Assembly (NCBI RefSeq): GCF_006345805.1
Contig: NC_043013.1
Span: 13,454,001 to 13,518,000, forward strand
Direction: 5' to 3'
Origin: Octopus sinensis
Taxonomy: Eukaryota
DNA length: 64,000 nucleotides
Shown here: one piece after another, positions 48,870-61,475 of the stretch
Layout of the letters: every line of letters begins with the position of its first letter
Numbering within the stretch: position 1 is the first letter of the stretch
The notes under the pieces: model-generated
What the model saw: only the letters and a program-made list of their open reading frames with translations
The model's database searches: none
Told to the model about the DNA's origin: nothing
Translations under genes and position numbers: made by a program

Positions 48870-51760
48870 AAGAGAATCTAACCGTTTGATGCTTCGCTCC
48901 TGGTATGGCTACTTCATGCAGGAGACAGGACTTCTGACTTACAGACTAACTGTGTCCCACAGTGTGTCGGCACATCGCCAAGATAGCAGGACCATCATCC
49001 GTCTGAAGAAACCAGACTGTCCAACATCGGAACAGACACATGCATGTCACCGACCAATGAGTAATCAACTTACGCTACAAAAGACGTGCTACTAAATGGA
49101 ATGTCTTGTTGCTCATTCGTCCAGGAGAAGCCATTCTGCTATTCCAGGAGTTTCTTCTAGAGAGGCCCCGACGACAGAACAGGTCTCTGTGGTGTGGCAT
49201 TAGTCGTGCCCAAGTACATCTGCAATTACTCATAGGATGGAACCCGGTGAATGATCGTTTGCTGTCCACCTGTTTTCATCATTGCCTATACCCCACAGAC
49301 TTCGCAGAGAAGACAGTCAAGGGCGACTACTGCAACCAACTCCAAAAGTTTTAGGACCAGTCCCCACCACGATATCACCCCCCCCCTGACGGACATCAGT
49401 GCTGCCATCTATTCTGCCAGGTTCCCTTCGACAAACTTATTCCAGACTCAAACTATTGGTAATTGCCTCCTGCTCCAATGCCGCAACAACAATTTCTATA
49501 TTGCAGACACATTTTCCTCCAGCAGACTTGATCATCACAGGACTTTGTACAGTCCGGACTGTTAAACACAGAGGGCGATCAACTACATCATCATCTCCGC
49601 TGCTAGAGGTCATTTCTCACTAGCTGCCGGCTCTATAGAGGAGATCAACTCGGCATATCTACTATCGATTGCTGGTGGCGACACTCACGTTGAAGTTGCG
49701 AGCTGACTCTGTCTCAAAGTACCAGCAATGGCCTGATTCATTTTGTGTCTGTAATCTCAACATTGCCTCAACAGTTGCGTGATTTAACAACAATCACTTC
49801 ACTTCCGTGTCCAAAAATGAGACTACCAACTGAGAAATTTTCAAATCAAGTGTCAAAAGTTAGAACGTGATGTCCTGGTAAACTCATTACCTCTTCTCAA
49901 GCGACCCTTGATCCTACTGTGGAGGTCGTACACAAGTAACTGCTGCAGTGAGGCTCACCTATGCAGTAACACAAATGAAAACAACCAGCCCAACTGGATA
50001 TGCGACGACTCCATTCAGAAAACTGGGAGAAGTTCTGGGCGGGAGAAGCCGAGCACTTGGATGTAGCAGCAAAGAATAACAAGATCAGTCTGATATTCAA
50101 TATGCTCCGCAGAGACTGTACCAGTCTCTACTTAAAGACCACCTCAGCGAGGGATACCAATGAAATGTAGACATCGTGGAAACCACCTGCTTCGAACACT
50201 GGAAGGAGAACTTCGGCTTTCTCTGTCACGTATCTGTCCAAATCGATCCCAGTCTAACCATCACTGCACACACAGCCCCAACCAACGACACTTGTAGACT
50301 CGATCCTGTTAACTCTGATGAAGTCAGTGTCACCCTGAAGAAGATCGAAAACCTCAAACACCCAGGAATCTGCACTGTGGCCGCGGAGATGTTCAAGCCG
50401 GATGGAGAAAACATGACTCAATGACTCAGATACATCATCGACCATCTATGGGTATCTGAGCAGCTCCTAAATGACTGAACTCAGAGTATCATCCTCTGCG
50501 TCAGAAAGCGGAAGGCAACAAACTCGTCTGCAGCTACCACGGTGGCACCACCCTCCTTTCCATCCCCAGTAAGCCCTTCATCAGGATCTCTTCTTGTCAT
50601 TAGAAGCACACACCATTCACAATAAGCCAGATTCATACCGTGTTGATCTTCTGCAGACCATACTTTTGCCCTTCGTCTCGTAGTTCAAAGATCTCGGGAG
50701 GTCCGCAAAGATCTCCACCTCTACATCGCCTTTATCGACCTTAAGGTGGCTTTGGACACGGTCGACCATGCATCATTCTGGAAAATTCTCGAGCTCGACG
50801 GTGTGTCTCCCATGATCACTACCCTGTTCTAGTAGCTCTATAGCAGTACCGAAAGCTGGGTTTAGGTGAACGGGAATGATTCTGACTGGTTCCTCCTCAA
50901 GAGCAAGAGACAGGGCTGCGTGGCCGGTCTCGACCTCATCATCTATGTCATCGATTATTTGGTGAGTGAGTTTCTGGCGTGACCTTCTGAAACTACCATC
51001 ATACCGACCTGGAGTATGAGAACGACACCACCCTATTCAGCAACTCGATTGACGAGCTAAGGGACGCACTGACCATATGCAGAGAATCAGCAAAGCTTGG
51101 CTATCAGGTGAGATGGGCGGAGACCATGCTGATGCATGTAGTTGATAGCTCAGACCCTCTTCTTCCCTATTGACCCTGACGTCGTGAAGTTTGTCAACTC
51201 CTTCATCTATCTGAGCCCAACAATGGAGATCAATCGCAGATGTGGTTTGGTCACTGGGGTCATGTACTCCCTATGGAAGCCCCTTTGACACCATTATTCT
51301 ATCTTCCTCAAGACGAAATTCTCTATCTACAACGCATCGGCCCTCGCAAAAGACCTGGCAAAGAAGATTGGTGACGTCGATAGCAGAATATTTGAGAACA
51401 TCAAATGGTACCATCATGTTTCCAACAAAGAACTGCGTGTGCGCATGCATCAGCCCCCAGCTTCCCACCTCACAGCTATCCATCGAATTCACTGATACGA
51501 ATGTTTCCTCCATCTCCTGCTATATCCTCCTACCTGGGTTTTACTCCCATTCGATCCTGAAGCTGTAGACTAGGAGAAGCCTCATTATGGCTGGATGTGG
51601 TTGGAGTATGTCCAGAATACTGACGTCACCGTGGAGGATGCATTAGGGGCTGCTACGGGACAGCCAGTGATAGAGCACCGCTAGACCTGGTCGGTTCTAC
51701 GCATGGTGATGTCTCTGTAACCACTTACCTGGGAGGATCTCAACCACAACAAGCAAGAGC
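48870..51760 (+). mobile_element. Heavily degenerate RTE-clade LINE of a second family (APE + RT)
   Basis: LIGWNPVNDRLLS; EVSVTLKK...PGIC.VAAEMFK; YIAFIDLKVALDTVDH; RQGCV. Confidence 0.72.
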
Positions 51761-52113
51761 TTGAAGCAACCAGACATGGCTAAACTCTACGTATGAGAGA
51801 AATATTGAAATCTGTTACAATATTCAACTTATATAACAAGATAATGAACATATAATAAATGATTATGACAATAACATTTATGGCTGATAATCCTTGAAAT
51901 TGTTGCTTGAATTTTCCTGACTTCCCCTGTGACAGGACAAACCCACAACATTTAAAATACTTAATGTCAAATAACGCAATTCTCAATATTATGAATACAA
52001 ATGTTAAATCATCACAATGAAATCTGTTCACCAAATTCCCCAGTATTTGAATGTATTTTTCGCATTGTATCAAACATTAGGGAACATTAATTAATTTTTT
52101 TTTTTACATATAG

Positions 52114-52293
52114 TTTGTTCGTGTGGATCACCAAACCCCCATGGATATTATAATTAATTTGATAATATATCATTGGAATTTCTCATGCCAAACTTACTTA
52201 TTTCTGTGATTGGGGGAAGAGAAGACGTCCAGTTGAATGAACCTACTAAAGAAGCTCTTGGGCACAGTTTAGTTAAAGCTGCAAGAACAACAG
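52114..52293 (+). CDS. TRPM: TRPM-like SLOG exon, copy B, with 1-nt frameshift near 52180 (FVRVDHQTPMDII...|PNLLISVIGGRE...LVKAARTT)
   Basis: tacatatAG|180 nt|GTaaaa. 181 nt would be needed for phase 0 to 1; only 8 nt lie between TGGAAT and CCA versus 9 in copy A1. Confidence 0.82.
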
Positions 52294-52323
52294 GTAAAAA
52301 GGTTTTAGCACACTTATTGTGAA

Positions 52324-52370
<47 letters not shown>

Positions 52371-54399
52371 ATAATAATAATAATAATAATTCTAACTGGG
52401 CCCCATCTGCAAGATCATGCATTGTTTATCTTGATATGAGATCACCATGTCACGCACATACGGTTGTGATGCATGTGCCTGGTGTATCTTATCAGACGAG
52501 TAGTCATGATGGGTATACTGGCTTCGTATATTTTACCTCAGTGTCACTTTGATGGCATGCACTGCTCTCTCACACTCAATAATAATAATGATGATGATGA
52601 AGCGGCTGGACGTATTCTTCGCTGCACTGAGCTGTCAGCAGCTGAAGACACAGAAACACTAATACAACCCAGCAGGGCAACTGAAAAATAACTCTAAAAG
52701 ACTGGAATATCTAAAGTTTCATATGAGTATTTTGAATTTCCCTGAAAATAAGTTAAGGGACTTACATATCTAAAGCTTTCGAATACATAAGCAATCAGCT
52801 TTAAAACCTTTAATATCTACAACTTCTGTGAATACCTACCATTTCCTCCTTTCCTCCTGAGTATTCGAAAATGTAAACATCCTCTTTATTCCAAGAACAC
52901 TACAGTTTTCTCTGTTCGGACAGACAAAAGATCATCTCCAGTAAATTTTTAAAATTTCAAATCTTCAATTTTCTGTGAAAAAGTTTTACCTTCCTTTTCT
53001 TTCCGTTCCTTTTTCCCTGAATATTTAAAAATATAACCATACTTTTAATGAAGAAAAAAAACACTACAGTTTTCTCTGAACGGACATACAAACGAACACC
53101 TCAGAAAATTTAGAAACGTTAATATCTCCAGTTTTGTGTGAACATTTTGTCTTTTCTTCTTCCCTGACTAACAGAATATGTAAACATGTCTTTTATTGTA
53201 ACAACACAATTAAATGCAAAATAAAAAATTAAGTAAGCACCTGCCAATATATACATACTGCACAACTACAAAAACTGTAAACCACAGCAAAACTGTTTAA
53301 AAGAAAAGAAAAATTCCAAAAGAAAAATAAAAATAAATTCGGAAATTCAAAAATCCAACAAGGTGAACATCTCTTCCTCCTACTATTCCCAAAGACTGGA
53401 ATATCTACAATTTCCTGTGAATATTTTAAATCTCCCTCAAAATAAATAAGCTAGGAAACTTACATACCTACAGCTTTCGAACACACAAACGATCAGCTTT
53501 AAAAAAAGACTTTAATATCTACAACTACTGTGTGAATACCTATCCTCCACACCATCTGCCGAATCTATTTATACACCTGTAGAATATGATCTATTCACTA
53601 AAATGCTACCCTATTATTTCCTCCAACAATGATATATTTATGATTATATTAAGTACAAGACAAAAGTTGAAAATAAGAACGTTTAGTAAAATCTTTTAAT
53701 AATAAATGGAAATAGTAATAATGAGAATAACAATGGTAGTGGTGGTGATGTTGATAATGATAAAAATAAAAATTATAATAATATGCTGCAGCTGCTAATA
53801 CTAAATACTACTAACACTACAATGATACTACAACTACTACTATTATGATAGCACAGGAATCTGAAACCCAACTACCAAACTTACCACTACCCCACCCCTG
53901 CTGCTGTTGCTGCAACCACTGCTGCTACTACACATAAAAAAATATAACTGTGATATCAGTGATGATGTAATAATATAATAATAATCATTAATAATAATAA
54001 TATAAAAAGGAAAGGAATGGGTGGAGCCTCCTCACGGGCTGATTAATGATACATCTAGTGATGGTGTCACAATAAAAACACTGGTAATTGTGCAACCTGA
54101 TAATCGATACCTCATATGAGCGACAATGAGAAAACAAAATATTGTAAATAACGGTGGTAATTAAACTGAAGCCAATGATGGGGACAGTGGTACACCTGGC
54201 GGGCTAAGAGATTCTGGTCTGGCTCCAGCCTGTCGATATCCAGAAAGGGACCACCACACACGGTGTAGATGGAACATGCAAATTAATGCTGTGGTCATGG
54301 AGTGTTACTATCTTAGCAGCCCGGTAGATGAATATGGTTCTCAAATTAGGGGTTACCAACAACGTAGGTATTATCATTGGAGAGAAAAGGAATTGTTTC

Positions 54400-56232
54400 A
54401 ACTCACGGAATAGAGATTATGTGATCAAGCTAATGCAATAAGGAAAAATCGTTGGTTCACAGAAGTAGAGCTCGAAGCTATCAAAAGATGGGTCATGGAA
54501 AATAACAGCAGAGATAACAATGAAAATACAGTTCTTACTAATAAAAGTAATCTCATATCACAGGAAAGGAGAAGTGCAAGTTTACTTGATGAGTGACATA
54601 TAGATGATCTAAAAGAAGACAATAAAACTAATGGCAACATGACAGATGAAAAAAGGCAATCTACAACAGAATAAATGCAAGACTGCAGGAGAACGATAGC
54701 GACATTATTTGCAACCTTAAAAAGGTTGATTGGTGGAAATTGAACCAAGAAACGAAAAATGTCAATGAAATTCTGAAATACATCAGAAAAAACAATGTCA
54801 CAGAAACAAATAATTTGATTAAAGGCAGCAAGTATTGTTGTAGCAGAAAATGCGTGTGTTGATGTCAAGAAAAAGCAATAAATGGGAGTGTGTGAAAAGA
54901 AAGATCCATGGTGGAAAAGAAGAATCCAAGCGGGGTTAGACATGCTCTCGAAGGAAATCTCTATGTTAGACCGAAAAGAGAAAGGGAATCTTAAAAGCAA
55001 ACAAAAATACAGGGCGCTAAAAAGGAAGTATAATATTGAAAGGAAGGGTCTGAAAGGAGTAACAGAGGAACTCAAACAGTGCCTTGTTGCAAAGAAACTA
55101 AAGACGGTAAGATACGACCAAAGAATGAAGGGTTACCAGCAGAATAGGCTATTCAGAGTAGATCAGAAGAGATTCTACAAAGAAATAAATGGAGAGTGTA
55201 CAAATGAAATGTTGATACCAGATAACATTGAAAGTCAAAGATTTTGGAGTGACATCTGGAGCAAAGACAAGGAGCACAAGAAAGATGCTGAACGGTTGTA
55301 AGAACTGAAACAAACAGTAGTCTGTCCAAAACAGGAAGAACTAGTCATTTCAGTTAGGAAAGTGAAGGAAATCAGCAAAAAAAAAAAAAATGAGCAGCTG
55401 GAAGGCCCCGGGACCAGATGGAGTTCAAGGCTACTGGATCAAAAGATTTGGTGAATGTCATGCACGAATAGCTGCACAACTCAACACCTTGCTAAATGCT
55501 GACGAAGTAACACCAGGGTGGTCGACATTGGGTAGGACAGTGCTGTGCCTGAAAAACATCGAAACAGGCAATACAGTAGACAATTACAGGTCGATATCCT
55601 GCTTGCCACTTATGTGGAAGTTATTGACTGGAATACTTGCAGAGTCAATGTATGATCACCTAGAAAAAATGGAGTCCTGCCACATGAGCAGAAGCGTTGC
55701 AAGCGTAAGTGCAGAAGTACCAAGGATCAACTCCTGATAGACAAAACTGTACTTAGAGACTACAAGAGAAGGAAAACTAACTTAGCCATGTCATGGATCG
55801 ACTATCGTAAGGCATACGACATGATCCCACATTCTTGGATTATGGAGTGTATGAACCTATATTGGTATTGCATCGAATGTTAAGCGATTGCTTGGAAAAA
55901 GTATGGTGAATTGGAGGAGGGACCTGACAGCATAGAGAAGAAATTTAGGGACAGTAGAAATTAGAAGGGAGGTTAAGCAGTTGTGGTCAATGAAAAAGAT
56001 GGTAGTAGTCCCAATAATTGTTGTAGCCCTGGGAACAGTGAGCAAAAATCTTGAGAAGTACATGGAACAATAGGGCTGCAATAAGGGTGGAGCATTTGCA
56101 GAAAACAGCACTGCTTGGAACCGCTCGACTATTCCTGAAGGTGCTCGAAAAATATGAGGTGTTACGTTAGTTCACTGGTAGTGAACAGCTGACACTGTAG
56201 TACATCTCCAGTGTTAGAAGCTGTGCAAAGGC
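54400..56232 (+). mobile_element. R4/Dong-like LINE with internal deletion, (TAA)n tail to 56288
   Basis: [67 protein letters not shown]; then jumps to EVKQLWSMKK..VPIIV.ALG. Confidence 0.88.
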
Positions 56233-56245
56233 AATAATAATAATG

Positions 56246-56288
<43 letters not shown>

Positions 56289-57000
56289 GGATCTCTAGGA
56301 ATGATTAAAAAAGATACTGAAACCTATTTGGAAATGATACCAGGCTTACCATCCCTACAGGAAGTGCTAAAAATCGTATTAACTGGAACAGCTCATGTAC
56401 TGAGAAGAGCATTATCGCTGTGAAAACAACATCCATTCATGAATTTATTAATTCATTAATTTTTAAATACATATTTTACCTGTGAATTTGCGTGTGTAAT
56501 CTGAGAATGCATACAATGATCTTCTCTGCCCTGGTGTACGGAAAACACTCGACGAAAAACGGAAGAAAATTTGAAGAAAAAAGGGGGAAAAATAATAATA
56601 ATAACAAGCCAGTTGTTGAAGGTAAAAATGTTACTATCAACTGTAATTTTCCAGTCAATACCGACAGAAAGATTCAGTATAATCGACCAGACATAGTTAA
56701 TAAAGACAAGGAAGACAATACTTGTAGTCTAATAGGTTTAAGTGTTCTCACTGATAAAAATATATCTGCAAAGGAATTTGACAAATTAAGTTAATGTAAG
56801 TATCTGGAAATTGAAATGAAAAAGTTGTGGCATCTTAAATCAAGGACTGTTCTTGTTATTGTAGGTGCCCTAAGAATGATAGGAAAGAGATGTCAGAAAC
56901 ATTTAGATAATGTCCCAGAAGAACAATGTCTCAGAGATTGTGCTGACAAGTGCTGCCCACATCCTTAGAAAACCCCTATCAATTTAAATGTCTGTGTTGT
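56289..57000 (+). mobile_element. Two further R4/Dong-like 3' endonuclease fragments
   Basis: LGMIKK..QEVLKIVLTGTAHVLRRAL (56289-56425); TDRKIQYNRPDIV...KYLEIEMKKLW...SAAHILRK (56590-56990). Confidence 0.78.
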
Positions 57001-57142
57001 ATTACGTGAAGATATTTCGCTACTGCCCCTGCCACTTCCCCACCCCAAGCTTTCAGTCATTCTGTAAAATCTCATATCCTTCACTCATACTAAGATGCTG
57101 GGTGTGTCTCGGCGAGTGATTGTAACAAACACGCCTTTCATA

Positions 57143-57159
57143 TAATAATAATAATTATA

Positions 57160-57235
<76 letters not shown>

Positions 57236-57236
57236 C
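57143..57236. repeat. (TAC)n(TAA)n microsatellite
   Basis: Trinucleotide runs. Confidence 0.95.
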
Positions 57237-57239
57237 TAA

Positions 57240-58945
57240 TGAACCATGTGAGAGTTATTAGGAGGAAAGGTTACTTATCTGGAGTAGAAATATCTCAGAT
57301 TAGTGAGAGTCTGAGAGACCCTGCAAATGAGCTACAAACGTTGGCTGCAGTTGAAAATAGAGAGGTGGGAGATGAAAGCAGGGAGAAGAGTAGACAGGAA
57401 GAAGAGGGGAATAGTGATGGGGCTGTTAAAGATAAGGAACAGGAACATTAAGCAGTGAACTCTGATATTGTGGTGGGTGGACATGCAAGGGAAATGATCC
57501 AACTAGATAATGAATTGCTTGAAATTCAAAGACGTCTCACCGAGTTGATGAATGCTCCAGAAAAAAATCCCCATGAATATGAGAAGGGTAGATAGGAGTA
57601 TGATAAATAAAGTAACACAAAAATAAATACTGTCATACCATCCATCCAGATGGAGGACATAACACAAACAAGGAATCTTCTCCGAGCTATTGCACTACTT
57701 GTTGAGGAGAAATTACAGCTTTCTTAAGCAAAAAATGGTGGAGCCAAAGAACCATATTGGGAACGACGCTTTAAAAGGGACATAATGTGAGCAAGGCAAG
57801 ATCTAGGGAAAATTAAGCAATGGTTAAGAGGAAACTAGAAAAATGGGAAAAAGAAAGACCGAGAAAAATTAGAGAAGAAATATAAAATATGGAAGAACGG
57901 GTTTGATGCAGTAATAGAGCAGTTAAAACAGAGGATCATGGCAAAAATCCAAAAGATCAGAAATAAGGAATAAGCCGTTAGAATAAGCAATGAACAGGAA
58001 TAAGCAGTTAGAGGGGAACATATTGTTCAAAAATAACTAGAAGCAATTCTTTCGAATGTTAGAAGGAGACAATGGTGAAAATGTTGCTCCTGATGCAAAT
58101 CAAGCCAAGGAGTTCTGGAGCGGATTATGGGGAAACGATGTGGTACATAAAAGGGATGCAATATGGAAAGGAAATATCAAGGCAGAATTACAAGGAGGAA
58201 AGAAACAAAGGAATATTGTCATAAGCACAGGTGATGTGAAAGAACAAATGGGTAAAGTGTCTAACTGGAAAGCCCCAAGACCAGATGGGATTCATGGCTT
58301 TTGGCCGAAGAGATGCACGCGGTGCAGGAAAGACTAGCAGCCCAATTGAATGAGTGTGTCCATCCCTGTGTGGATGGTGACTGGGAGGACAACACTTATA
58401 ATAAAAGATAGAAGGGGAATATTGTGGAAAACTACCGTCCCATAGTATGCCTGAGGATAATCTGGAAGATACTCACTGGAATATGTGTGGCAAAGACACA
58501 CACTTTCCTGGCACAGAAAGAAATACTACCAAAGGAACAAATAGAATGTAGGAAGAGTTCTCAGGGTAGCAAGGATCACCTAATCATAGATAAAACAGTT
58601 TTGAAGTATTGTAAAAAGCAACATACAAACATGTATATGGCTTAGATTGACTTCAGGAAGGCATATGATATGGTGCCTCATTCTTGGACCATTGAATGCC
58701 TGCAGGTGTTTAGTATTGCTGACAACATCACAAATTTCTTTATGCATAGCATAAAAGATTGGTAAACCAAATTGTACTCAAGTAATGTATTCCTTGGAGA
58801 AGTTAATATTAAAAAGGGAATCTTCCAAGGTGACTCGTTCTCACCGTTAGTTTTTGTAATTGCACTAATACTCATAACAATGACACTTAGGAAAGTTAAG
58901 ATGGGTTACAAATGTGGGAAGAAAGGCCCATCCTTGAACTATCTT
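57240..58945 (+). mobile_element. R4/Dong-like LINE, 5' half
   Basis: EFWSGLW, NWKAPRPDG, ENYRPIVCL, KDHLIIDK, IDFRKAYDMVPHSW, GIFQGDSFSPLVF; cut by an RTE fragment. Confidence 0.85.
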
Positions 58946-59600
58946 CTGTTGCATCACACAACTCCAGCAGCTTGGTTTCCTCCCCATTGCGGGAACCAAA
59001 TCCAGAGCCACCATCTACACCATGGAATCCCGCTAGATGTTGTCCAATATGATTGTTGAAGTCACCAACAACAAAGAGAAGGTTCCTGTCATTCATCAAC
59101 AAGATAGTCTATAAGAGGGTGTCATAAAATCGGTCTTTCTGTTCATCAGGTAGCCCTGGCTGAGGAGCATATGCCAAGACAATGGTTGCTAATCCATGTT
59201 GCTGAACTAGTCTAAGCTTAAGTATTTTATCACAGACTTTGACTACCTCGATTACCTTATCAACCCATTTCTCTGTAAGGAGTACAGTCAACCCCATCAG
59301 CGTTTGCTACTCAGAAAATCTTATACTTGTGTTCTTTGCCTGTGAGGAACCTAACAGAACTTCCTCTTCACCTTACTTCTTGGATACAGCATAAATCAAC
59401 ACGTCTCCGTTCAAGCATCTCAACAATTTCACCAGACCTACCTTTGAATATACCAACATTAAGTGTGCTAACTCTGAAGGTGTGAGAGGTGTGGGACAGC
59501 GAGACCCTGGGATGGAGGACAGTAGCATTTTCCATCTGAAAAGGAAGCATTTGAAAGATCTCGTAAACATACAATCGTCTTCAACCTGCATTCACTAACT
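58946..59600 (-). mobile_element. RTE LINE 5' (APE endonuclease) fragment
   Basis: TLNVG..KGRSGEIVEMLERRRVDLCCIQEVR; AYAPQPGL.DEQKDRFYD; VGDFNNHIG. Confidence 0.88.
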
Positions 59601-61311
59601 GTCATTTTATTCGCTATATAATCACTTCATTCAGTAGAAGATAGACACTAGGTAGGGATGGAGGGGGAAGGGAAAGGGAAGCGTTCTGTATAGTAAAGAA
59701 AATAATTAGAGAAAACAAAAGAAAGTAAAATATGGAGACAACTAAAGAAATAATTGAAACCAAAAATGTTTAAAAAAGTAAACAAAAGTTGAGTATGGGA
59801 CGCAACACAATCATTAGCCTAAAATATAACGATGGAAAACAGCTATTATTAGAAAGAATAAATGAATTCTATGAAAACATATATCATTCAAAGAACGAAG
59901 TTTCTCAAACAGTAAATTCAAACGAAATGATCTGCATAATCAGTTATTATTTACCTGAGTTCATGATGTCACATCCAGGTAATCCATGTAATAGATGTCA
60001 AGTTGGAAATATATGTGTCCCAAATCCAGCATTTCTAAGTTCCACAGCAATGATTTCCATAGTAAAATATATAGAAGGGACAAAAGGGGAGATTCTCGAC
60101 CGACCAAGCACACAGTGTAAAAGGGTTTCAATAGATGACCATTTCTTTTGATTATTGAACAATACAATTTCCAAGTAACAATAATCAAACCCAATCAAAT
60201 TTATCAGTATCCTGGAATAATATGGTTGTGAGTTTATTGATTTCATTTTGCAATTATGCATTTTCCGGTTCCGCCCCAATTTGTAACACCTTGGTAACTG
60301 TCTTTGATTATACTATGGGATAACCAAAGATTTGTGATTGAGATTGGCAGACCTCATCCATCACTCAGCTTGGTATGTCACTCTGTTTCTTCTCTGACTG
60401 AAATAAAAATTCGGATCTATACCTTACACTCTCTATGATGTATGAGGCAGAGGATGTTTAGGATCGATCCCTCAAGAATTGCACAAATCTGAGTATTCCT
60501 AATACACTATCTGTCACTAGCATCAATCACTCTGTGAGCACTTAAAGTTATTGGCTACATCCTTCTTGCTTGAGTCCTTCCTCCTCAGGGCCACCTCTCC
60601 TCAACTAACATGGCTGGGAAGGGAATTCTCTCAGTATTCTCAGATCCATGCTGAGATATATCTTATTCCATACTTGCATAGGATTTATCTACAAAATACT
60701 AGCAGCTGAATCTATTTTATTTGTAATTCCAAAGGATTTATCTCTTCTTTGTAATAATAATTCATTTTGACTTGTTATAAAGGTTTTCTAGCTGAGCTGT
60801 TTGTTGCTGTTGAAACCGAGGTCAAGCTTAATTCAACAGACCTATGTTCAAAATCATTCCAGCAATGACCATCTCCAGTTATCAATATAGAATAAAATAT
60901 GCTGGCTGCCGATGACTATATCTGAAAAAGGCTGAATAAGCATATTGTTGTATTTAGGTTTTTGTTTCTTTCAGTTATGAGTTCAAATTCTGCTTGGGTT
61001 GTATTTTTGTTTTACATGTTTTGTCAAGGACTGATTAGAAAATCGATAATTGAGTTCTAGATTGATTCAGTATATCATATCCTTACTTCCATAATGAGGA
61101 ATATATCAATGATTAGATTAACCGCAGTTAATGACTGGTGCATATTTCATCAAGCTTACACGGACAAAGAGAAAATTCAGCCTTTTTGTGTGAAGCCTGA
61201 ATGTGACGGAATATAACAAAATGCCATACGGGTATTTTGTCCAAAAACATACTGTAGTTTTAGAATAAGAAATAAATGTTTGAATATAATTATTGATCTC
61301 TTGTTTTGCAG

Positions 61312-61475
61312 ATGCCTGGATCATAAGTGAAGGTTTACATAGTGGAGTTGTGAAATATATTGGGGAAGCTATATCTGATAATGAAAATAAAGTGGCTGAC
61401 ATGAAAAAAGTGAAAACCATTGGTATTGCACGGTGGAACTGTGTACAAAACAAAGAATCCCTAGTGAATAAGGAG
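61312..61475 (+). CDS. TRPM: TRPM-like SLOG exon, copy B (DAWIISEGLHSGVVKYIGEA...KTIGIARWNCVQNKESLVNKE)
   Basis: ttgttttgcAG|164 nt|GTaaat, phase 1 to 0. AWII..G...GV.K..GEA and IGIA.W motifs. Confidence 0.93.

Noticed and set aside
59750-60700. Possible LINE remnant
   Set aside because: Too decayed to assign strand or family from motifs.
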